Assembly: GCF_004765795.1 (NCBI RefSeq)
Contig: NZ_SBIV01000001.1
Coordinates: 62,001 to 126,000, forward strand
DNA from: Halorussus marinus
GTDB taxonomy: Archaea; Halobacteriota; Halobacteria; Halobacteriales; Haladaptataceae
Length of the DNA stretch: 64,000 nucleotides
Reading direction: 5' to 3'
A program made the translations under genes and the position numbers. Shown here one piece after another: positions 57,135 to 64,000 of this stretch. The notes under the pieces are model-generated. The model ran no database searches. It was not told the origin of the DNA and saw nothing but the letters and a program-made list of their open reading frames with translations. Each line of letters begins with the position of its first letter. The stretch's first letter is position 1.

Positions 57135-57646
57135 CCGACGGCTCGGCCACCAACGACGGCCAGCGCTTCGACCGCCTGCCCGCGACGCCCGCCGACCGCG
57201 AGGTCGAGGGCCGGGCGAGCCGTCGGGAGGTCCTCGACTGGTGGGACGAGCGGTTCGGCGTCCCGCCCGAGACGTTCGAGGACTTTTCGCTCTGGGAGAA
57301 GGGCAAGGGCAAGATCTGGCTCCTCCGCGGGGACCTCGCGTCCCCGGTCGACGTCGAGGCGCTGGGCATGACGTTCCTGCGGACCCGCCAGAAACACTGG
57401 AAGCCGACGATGAACGCGGTCCAGCGGTTCGGCGCCGAAGCCACCCGGAACGTCGTCGAACTCACGCGCGAGCAGGCCCGCCGGTTCGCCCGCGGCGACG
57501 ATCAGGAACTCGACTGGGACGGCGACTGGGGGTATCTCGTGGTGACTCACGACCTCGCCGGGGGTGAGGCGCCGCTCGGGGTCGGTCTCTACGTCCACGG
57601 CGAACTCCGGAGCCCGGTGCCGAAGGGCCGCCAGCGCGACCTCTAG
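57131..57646 (+). CDS. Methyltransferase-associated accessory protein (PUA-like)
   Basis: ATGA overlap; resembles the split C-terminal domains of RsmF-type enzymes. Confidence 0.75.
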   Translation: MTDGSATNDGQRFDRLPATPADREVEGRASRREVLDWWDERFGVPPETFEDFSLWEKGKGKIWLLRGDLASPVDVEALGMTFLRTRQKHWKPTMNAVQRFGAEATRNVVELTREQARRFARGDDQELDWDGDWGYLVVTHDLAGGEAPLGVGLYVHGELRSPVPKGRQRDL

Positions 57647-59211
57647 GCCTTCGGCCGGACGGTCCCGCCGGTCAGCCCCTCCCACTCGACGGCGTACCCC
57701 AGTTCCGACAGCACCGCGCTCGCGTCGTCGATCCCGCGCTCGGCGAGCCGCTCTTCGGCCGCCGCGAACGCCATCCCGGCCTCGATCTCGCTCCGGAGGT
57801 CCTCGAGCACCCCCGGCCGGACGAGGGTCCGTCCGACCCGGTCGTGGTCCGGGAACGACTTGCCCTCGATCGCGTCTGTGCTGACGCCGTACTCGGCCGC
57901 GAGCGCATCGAGGCCGACGGCGTCGGCGTCCGGGACGAGTTCGTCGGGGAGTCGGCTGGCGCTCTCGGCCGCGAGGTCGTCCTCGTAGCCCCGGAGCGCG
58001 TCCCGGACGTCCTTGAGCCGGACGGTCCCGGAGTAGGGGATCGCGCGGTGGTCGCGGGCCGCGATCTCCTCGCCGACGCCGAGGCTCTCGTCGACCGCCA
58101 CGAGGAGCTCTACGTCCTCGACGGTCTCCAGTTGCGAGAGCTTCTTCTCGACGTACTCGGGCGTCCAGAACCCCATGATCTCGAAAAACACCCGGAAGTC
58201 GGCGTGGCCGCCCCCGGCGTCCCCAGCGGTCTCGCCTGTCGAGTTCGCGGGGCGGTACTCGAACGCGAAGTCCGGGATCATCACCCGCGCGCCGGTTTCG
58301 AGCGGTTCGGGCTCGCGGACGAGCTCCCAGTCGAGATCGAGCGCCCCGAACCGGCCGGCGAAGTCGGCCTCGACGCCGCTGTCGAAGCTCACCGACGCGA
58401 CCGGCTCGGTGCCCGGCACCGCCACCGGGTCGTCGTCGGACAGCGAGAGGGTCCGGTCGGTGCCGTAGTCGTCGATCGTCGCCGAGAGGGTCCACGCCTC
58501 GGCGCTCGCCACGGTCCGGAGCAGTCGCGCGAACCGGGTGCCGTACCGCCGGGTCGACCGGAAGAGCGCGTCGGGGCCGGTCACCACGACCTCGCGGTCC
58601 GAGACGCCCTCGGGGCCGCCCTCGACCGTCCGGATCTCGTACATCAGTCGGAGGCGCTTGACCGCAGAGACCAGCGCCTTCGGGTCGGCGGTCCGGACCC
58701 GAAGCTCGGTCGCGTCGAACAGCGCCGTCTGAGCCAGCGAGAGATTGTACTGGGCCAGCAGTTCGTCGGGGTCCCACCGGGCGTCGAACGACGCGAGGAC
58801 CTGGCGCTCGTCGAGGTCGGCGTACAGCGCGTCGGCGAGCGCGTCGGACTCGACACCGAGGCGCTCGCCCGCCTCGCCGAGCGCCGCCTCGCGGTCGGCC
58901 TCGGCGACGACGCCCACCCGCTCGGCGGCCTCGAAGGCGGCCCGTCTGGCGCGCTCGGGGTCGACCGGCGCTCGGGTCTCGAAGGCGGCCTCGCGTTCGA
59001 GGAGCTTGGCGAACCCCCTGACCAGCTTGAAGTGGTCGGCGTCGGCTTCGAGGTCTCCGAGCGCCGCGTCGAGCGCCGACCGGGGCTCGCCGACGTGGCC
59101 CTGAAACGTGCCCAGGACCCGCGCGGCCAGCGGGCGGTGGCTCCGGTCGGCGAATGCCGGCCGATAGCCCCCGCCGGCCCGGGAGACCCGAAGCAGGTCC
59201 TTGGTCAGCAT
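57643..59211 (-). CDS. bax1: DUF790 family / Bax1-like endonuclease
   Basis: MLTKDLL, YNLSLAQT, IPDF...FEIMGFWTPEY. Confidence 0.9.
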   Translation of the reverse strand: MLTKDLLRVSRAGGGYRPAFADRSHRPLAARVLGTFQGHVGEPRSALDAALGDLEADADHFKLVRGFAKLLEREAAFETRAPVDPERARRAAFEAAERVGVVAEADREAALGEAGERLGVESDALADALYADLDERQVLASFDARWDPDELLAQYNLSLAQTALFDATELRVRTADPKALVSAVKRLRLMYEIRTVEGGPEGVSDREVVVTGPDALFRSTRRYGTRFARLLRTVASAEAWTLSATIDDYGTDRTLSLSDDDPVAVPGTEPVASVSFDSGVEADFAGRFGALDLDWELVREPEPLETGARVMIPDFAFEYRPANSTGETAGDAGGGHADFRVFFEIMGFWTPEYVEKKLSQLETVEDVELLVAVDESLGVGEEIAARDHRAIPYSGTVRLKDVRDALRGYEDDLAAESASRLPDELVPDADAVGLDALAAEYGVSTDAIEGKSFPDHDRVGRTLVRPGVLEDLRSEIEAGMAFAAAEERLAERGIDDASAVLSELGYAVEWEGLTGGTVRPKA

Positions 59212-59289
59212 ACCAGTGGCTCCGGGCCGGACCGACAAAAGCGGTCGGAAGGCAGAAGACTCATACCGTCCGGCCGACCACCGGCTGGT

Positions 59290-59664
59290 ATGCGACGCCG
59301 TGACGTTCTCCGAACCTGCGGCGCGGCTGGGTCGGTCGCGGGCCTCGCGGCCCTCGCGGGGTGTTCGAGCGGCGACGACGCCGAATCCGACGCGGGGTCG
59401 GTCGCCCTCGAACTCGCGGAGTTCGACCACGCCGAGAGCGACTCGGGCGACCTCCTCGTCACCGCGACCGTCGAGAACGCCGGCGACGCCGAGGGATCCG
59501 GAACTCTCTACGTCACCGTCGAGGCGGGCGAGGACGTCACCCGCGAGTCCCGGGCGGTGACCGTCGCGGCCGGCGAATCGACGACGGTCGAGATCGAGGT
59601 CGGGTTCGCCTACGAGCGGTTCCGGAGCGGCGGGAGCCTCTCGTTCGACCTCCGAACCGACTGA
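59290..59664 (+). CDS. Tat-exported lipoprotein with Ig/CARDB-like domain
   Basis: MRRRDVL...LAGC lipobox, VENAG. Confidence 0.85.
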   Translation: MRRRDVLRTCGAAGSVAGLAALAGCSSGDDAESDAGSVALELAEFDHAESDSGDLLVTATVENAGDAEGSGTLYVTVEAGEDVTRESRAVTVAAGESTTVEIEVGFAYERFRSGGSLSFDLRTD

Positions 59665-59679
59665 ACTCGCCCGACTCGG

Positions 59680-61017
59680 TCACTTGCGGCGTCGAGCGAC
59701 GCTCTCCTCGGCGGTCTCGGCGCTCACGACCTCGTACAGCAGCGCCGGCCGGCCGTCGTCGTTCGGCCGGAGGATTCGGCCGAGCCGCTGGGTGAACTCC
59801 CGCTCGCTCGCGCTGCCCGAGAGCACGACCGCGACGTTCGCGTCGGGGACGTCGACGCCCTCGTCGAGGACGTTCGAGGTGACGACCCGCGAGTACTCGC
59901 CCTCCCGGAACCGTTCGAGGATCTCGCGGCGTTCTGGTGCCCCGGTCTGGTGGGTCACTGCCGGGAGCAGGAACCGCTCGGAGAGCCGGTAGACGAGGTC
60001 GTTGTGGGCGGTGAACACGATGATCCGATCGCCGCGGTGGTCGTCCAGGATCCGGGCCAAGGCCTCGACCTTCGCGTCGCTGTTCATCATCACCTCGCGG
60101 GCGCGCTGTTTGGCTAACAGCGCCTCGCGGGCCCGCGGGTCCGACCCCGAGCGCTTGACCAACTCCTGATAGTCGCTCCCGCTTTGCATCCGGATGTCCG
60201 ACCGCGCGAGGTAGTCGGTGAACACTTGGTTTGCGGCCTCGTAGCGCTCGCGCTCCGCGGGGGTAAGCTCGACCTCGACGCGCTTTATGTCGTAGGGCGC
60301 GAGGTGTTCGCCCGCCAGCGCCTCGGGGTCGATGGCGAAGACCTTCTCGCCGACGAGGTCGGCGACGACCTCGTGGGCGCCGTCCGGGCGCTCGAAGGTC
60401 GCGGTCAGCCCCATCCGGGCGGGCGCGGCCAGCAGTCGGGCGATCTCTCGGTACCCCTCGCCGCCGAGGTGGTGGACCTCGTCGAAGATCACGAGCCCGA
60501 ATCGGTCGCCCAGCTCGTCGGCTCGGAGGTACGCCGAGTCGTAGGTCGAGACCGTGAGCGGTTCGACGGTCTGCTCGCCGCCGCCCAACTGCCCCACCGG
60601 AACCGCGAACTCCGATTCGAGCTCGCGGCGCCACTGCTCGAGCAGGTCGATGGTGGGGACGACCACGAGCGTCGCGGTCCCGAGCGACTCGATAGCCTTC
60701 AGCCCGATGACGGTCTTGCCGCTCCCGGTCGGAAGCTCCAGCACGCCCCGTCGGCCGGCCTCGTCCCACGCGTCGAGGGCCTCGCGCTGGTACTCTCGAA
60801 GCTCGTAAGTCGAGGCGAGCTCGGGCACCTCCGGGGCGTCGAGGACCGCGTCCTCGTAGCCGATCGCCTGCTCGTCGAGGTACGCCCGGACGGCGGCGTA
60901 CCGGAACGCGGGCGCTCGCCGGGTCTTCGACCGGGCGTCGGCGTCGGTGTACGGGAGCTGGCGGTCGGTCTCGACCCGCAGCGTCCCCTCCTCGAAGGCG
61001 AGAGACACGTCTGGCAC
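59680..61017 (-). CDS. xpb: XPB/Rad25-like SF2 DNA helicase
   Basis: LREYQ, LPTGSGKT, DEVHH, GLTATFER, QRLGRILR. Confidence 0.92.
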   Translation of the reverse strand: MPDVSLAFEEGTLRVETDRQLPYTDADARSKTRRAPAFRYAAVRAYLDEQAIGYEDAVLDAPEVPELASTYELREYQREALDAWDEAGRRGVLELPTGSGKTVIGLKAIESLGTATLVVVPTIDLLEQWRRELESEFAVPVGQLGGGEQTVEPLTVSTYDSAYLRADELGDRFGLVIFDEVHHLGGEGYREIARLLAAPARMGLTATFERPDGAHEVVADLVGEKVFAIDPEALAGEHLAPYDIKRVEVELTPAERERYEAANQVFTDYLARSDIRMQSGSDYQELVKRSGSDPRAREALLAKQRAREVMMNSDAKVEALARILDDHRGDRIIVFTAHNDLVYRLSERFLLPAVTHQTGAPERREILERFREGEYSRVVTSNVLDEGVDVPDANVAVVLSGSASEREFTQRLGRILRPNDDGRPALLYEVVSAETAEESVARRRK

Positions 61018-61050
61018 TGTCGATCGTTCGGGGCTCGCGGAATATAAGCG

Positions 61051-62016
61051 CTACCGGTTGGGCTCCCACTCCTCGCAGGCGTCCATGTCCTCCATCGTCC
61101 GGCCGTAGTAGCCACAGCGGGGCACCATCCCGTCGTTGGTCCGGACGTACTCGAAGTGCCGGCAGTTGCCACAGTAGGTGTCGGTGGTCCGGTCGGGCCG
61201 GTCGGTCGGCGCGCCGTCGAGCGGCGACCGGATGTCGTTGGCGGCGGTCCCGCCGTCGGACTGGGGGTCCGACGACGCCCCCAGACCGAGCGTCTGCTCG
61301 CCGCCGCGGCCCGCCGTCCCGCCCCGGTTCGTCTGGGTGGGCGTCTCGCCGTCGGGCGCGTCGCCGAAGAAGCCGACGCCGCCGAGTCCGGTCTCGGCGG
61401 GCCGGTCGTCGGCACCGTCCGCACGGTCGGCCCCGGCGAGCTGGGTCCGAACCGCGCTGAGGTCGTCGAGGTCGTCGAACTCTTCGAGGTCCTCGCGGTC
61501 GACCTCGACGGTCCGGACCTCCCCTTCCCGCGAGATTTCGAGGGTGACCGTCCCGCCGGGGTCGTTGCGCGTCTTGAAGTTGGCGACCGCGACGAACAGA
61601 CACCAGCACGTCACCAGGACGCCGAAAAAGTACGTCGCGGCGACCTGCGCGGTGAGGTCGGCGCCGTTGCCCGCGCCCGCCCACATGTAGGGGTAGGCGT
61701 GGGCGAACAGCGCGACCCCGAGCACCGCCACGCCCGCGCCGATGGCGGCCGCGGCCCGGACGCGCTGGCTCGCGGGCAGGACGGTGAACACGCCGACGAA
61801 CACCGACGGGACGCCCAGTCCCGCGAGGACGCCCGCGACCTCCCGGCCCTGCCACCACTCCAGTCCGAGCGCGGCGTGGACGCCGGTCGTCGAGACGACG
61901 ATGCCGACGACGACCAGCAGGGCGCCCACGACGAACAGCCCGACGCCGAGATAGAGTCGCCGGAGGCTCCCCACCTCGCCGACGTTCTCCTCGTAGGCCT
62001 CCGCGAGACTCGTCAT
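61051..62016 (-). CDS. Membrane protein with acidic linker and C-terminal four-Cys domain
   Basis: Four TM helices, RNDPGGTV, YCGNCRHF...C...C. Confidence 0.8.
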   Translation of the reverse strand: MTSLAEAYEENVGEVGSLRRLYLGVGLFVVGALLVVVGIVVSTTGVHAALGLEWWQGREVAGVLAGLGVPSVFVGVFTVLPASQRVRAAAAIGAGVAVLGVALFAHAYPYMWAGAGNGADLTAQVAATYFFGVLVTCWCLFVAVANFKTRNDPGGTVTLEISREGEVRTVEVDREDLEEFDDLDDLSAVRTQLAGADRADGADDRPAETGLGGVGFFGDAPDGETPTQTNRGGTAGRGGEQTLGLGASSDPQSDGGTAANDIRSPLDGAPTDRPDRTTDTYCGNCRHFEYVRTNDGMVPRCGYYGRTMEDMDACEEWEPNR

Positions 62017-62170
62017 GTGCGGGCCATCGCACGCCATCAAGTAAACGTTGCGTCAGACGCTCGCAATCCGTCGAACGCGACGGTGGCCCGGCCCCGACTC
62101 CGGTCGGCGTCCGCGCCGGTGCGGTATCCATACGCCTTTCAGCCGGGACTCCGTACTCACGGCCACTCAC

Positions 62171-62449
62171 ATGAAGGACGACGAAGACGCGCCCATGGAC
62201 GCCGCGGACGTACAGCGACTCATCGAATCGAACCTCGACGGCGCCGAGGCCACCGTCACGCGCCCGCGGGGCGTCGACGACGACGACCACCTCGCGGCCA
62301 CCGTCGTCTCGCCCGCCTTCGAGGGCGAGTCGCTGGTCGACCAACACGAGATGGTCTACGACGCGCTGGGCCAGCACATGACCACCGACATCCACGCGGT
62401 AGAGCTGAAGACCTACACGCCCGAGGAGTACGAGGCCAGAGACGACTGA
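62171..62449 (+). CDS. BolA/IbaG family protein
   Basis: VVSPAFEG..LVDQH.MVYDAL...IHAVELKT; start at 62171 or 62195. Confidence 0.9.
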   Translation: MKDDEDAPMDAADVQRLIESNLDGAEATVTRPRGVDDDDHLAATVVSPAFEGESLVDQHEMVYDALGQHMTTDIHAVELKTYTPEEYEARDD

Positions 62450-62706
62450 TCGGCGCGCCGTTCACCGGGCCCGACGGACGAGTCGCCGGAGGTCGAGGTG
62501 GCCCGCGCCGTGATAGCGCTCGCCGCCGTGAGAAGCGTTTGCCTGCTACAATCTGTCATCCGACCGCACGTTGCTATCTTACCGGTATAAAATCTTTGAT
62601 TAAATGCTGACTGTGCGTAGATTAGTGGCGTAGAAGGTTGCTTCATACCTCGCGAGCGGCCGGACTCATTTCGCCGACCGGCGGAGAAAGACTGCTCGCC
62701 GGGCGC

Positions 62707-63849
62707 TCAGACGTTCGGCTCGGTGACCTCGGCCCGATCGAGCGTGCGGTTGTGGAGCGCCCGTCCGGTTTCTCGGTCGAAGACGTGGATCGCCTCCTCG
62801 GGGATCCGCGCCGCGACCTGCTGGCCGGCGTCGACCTTCCGCATGCCCGAGACGGTGACCACGACGGTCTGGGCCGACGCGTCGTCGTCGAAGGTGAGAT
62901 AGACGTTGTTCTCGTTGCCCATCGGTTCGACCACGTCGACGGTCGTGGGGTAGCTGTGGGACGCGTCGGCCGCGCCGTCGAGTTCGATGTCCTCGGGTCG
63001 GATTCCGACCACGAGACTGTCGTGGCCCTCCAGATCCGCGAGCGTCTCCTCGGAGAGGGGGTACTCGAAGGCGTCGCCGACCAGGCTCCCGCCGGCGAGT
63101 TCGACGTCGAGGAAGTTCATCGACGGCTCGCCGATGAACCCGGCGACGAACTGGTTCGCCGGCTCGTGGTAACACTCCAGCGGGGTGCCGACCTGCTGGA
63201 GCCGGCCGTCGTCGAGAATCGCGATCCGGTCGCCCATCGTCATCGCCTCGGTCTGGTCGTGGGTGACGTACATCGTCGTCACGTCGAGGTCCTCCTGGAT
63301 GCGCTGGAGCTCGGTGCGCATCTGGGCCCGGAGCTTCGCGTCGAGGTTCGAGAGGGGCTCGTCCATCAGGAACACTTCCGGGTCCCGGACGATGGCCCGT
63401 CCGAGCGCGACCCGCTGTTGCTGGCCGCCCGACAGCTCGCGAGGTTTGCGGTCAAGCAGGTCGGCGATGCCCATCATCTCGGCGGTCTCGGCGACCCGCG
63501 AGCGGATCTCGTCGTCGGGCATGTCGGTCGACTCTTCGAGCCCGAAGCTCATGTTCTCCCGGACGGTCATGTGGGGGTACAGCGCGTAGCTCTGGAACAC
63601 CATCGCGATGTCCCGGGTCGTCGGGGGCTCGTCGGTGATCGAGTGGTCGCCGAGCCGGATGTCGCCCTGCGAGACGGTTTCGAGCCCGGCGACCATCCGG
63701 AGCGTGGTCGATTTCCCGCAGCCGGACGGTCCCACGAGGACGAGAAACTCCCCGTCTTCGATCTCGACGTCGGCGTCGTCGACCGCGACGATGCGGTCGC
63801 CGCCGTCGTCGAACCACTTCGTGACTCCGTCGAGGGTCAGTTCGGCCAT
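62707..63849 (-). CDS. Carbohydrate ABC transporter ATP-binding protein (MalK/UgpC family)
   Basis: GPSGCGKST, FQSYALYPHM, LSGGQ, DEPLSNLDAKLR, TOBE-like tail. Confidence 0.96.
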   Translation of the reverse strand: MAELTLDGVTKWFDDGGDRIVAVDDADVEIEDGEFLVLVGPSGCGKSTTLRMVAGLETVSQGDIRLGDHSITDEPPTTRDIAMVFQSYALYPHMTVRENMSFGLEESTDMPDDEIRSRVAETAEMMGIADLLDRKPRELSGGQQQRVALGRAIVRDPEVFLMDEPLSNLDAKLRAQMRTELQRIQEDLDVTTMYVTHDQTEAMTMGDRIAILDDGRLQQVGTPLECYHEPANQFVAGFIGEPSMNFLDVELAGGSLVGDAFEYPLSEETLADLEGHDSLVVGIRPEDIELDGAADASHSYPTTVDVVEPMGNENNVYLTFDDDASAQTVVVTVSGMRKVDAGQQVAARIPEEAIHVFDRETGRALHNRTLDRAEVTEPNV

Positions 63850-63892
63850 CGGCTGTTCCTCCGTGATCGGGGTGGGTAATGGTTCCTCATGG

Positions 63893-64000
63893 TTAGGAAG
63901 CGACTCCTTTCGCGAACTGTTCGCCGAACAGCACGTAGACGATGAGCGTCGGGAGCGCCGCGACGAACGCGCCCGCCATCTGGGTGTTGAACGACTGGAC
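63893..64000 (-). CDS. Carbohydrate ABC transporter permease, C-terminal end (partial)
   Basis: QMAGAFVAALPTLIVYVLFGEQFAKGVAS-stop. Confidence 0.85.
   Translation of the reverse strand, partial: VQSFNTQMAGAFVAALPTLIVYVLFGEQFAKGVAS

Noticed and set aside
57643..61017. Helicase plus nuclease as a new defence system
   Set aside because: Motifs match the housekeeping XPB-Bax1 pair in a core-genome context

Overview
High-GC chromosomal window from a halophilic archaeon (class Halobacteria), judged from acidic proteins, leaderless genes with TATA boxes about 25-30 nt upstream and an archaeal SRP RNA. It is mostly core genome: acs, methylmalonyl-CoA mutase, heme-copper oxidase subunit I with small neighbours, halocyanin, coaBC, a nine-gene Mrp antiporter operon, hpt, tatA, two GT4 glycosyltransferases, rnp4-yhbY-mscS, SRP RNA, tRNA-Arg(CCT) and tRNA-Arg(TCG), an ABC exporter with a PrsW-fused permease, an RsmB/NOP methyltransferase, XPB and Bax1, BolA, and the end of a sugar ABC operon. 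The most unusual signals are: (1) three copies of a 105-140 bp structured repeat with compensatory base changes, tandem G-A pairs and GNA triloops, each just downstream of a gene end in the same relative orientation; (2) a 131-bp double-hairpin unit flanked by a duplication of the tRNA-Arg(CCT) 3' end; (3) a cluster encoding a PAS chemotransducer, ThDP enzyme, aminotransferase and arginine deiminase-family protein, possibly for arginine sensing and catabolism; (4) a divergent pair of an extended GGGP-synthase paralog and a DDxxD protein; (5) a decayed accessory tract after tRNA-Arg(TCG). I saw no transposase, integrase or CRISPR array. All family assignments come from motif recognition by eye, not from database searches.
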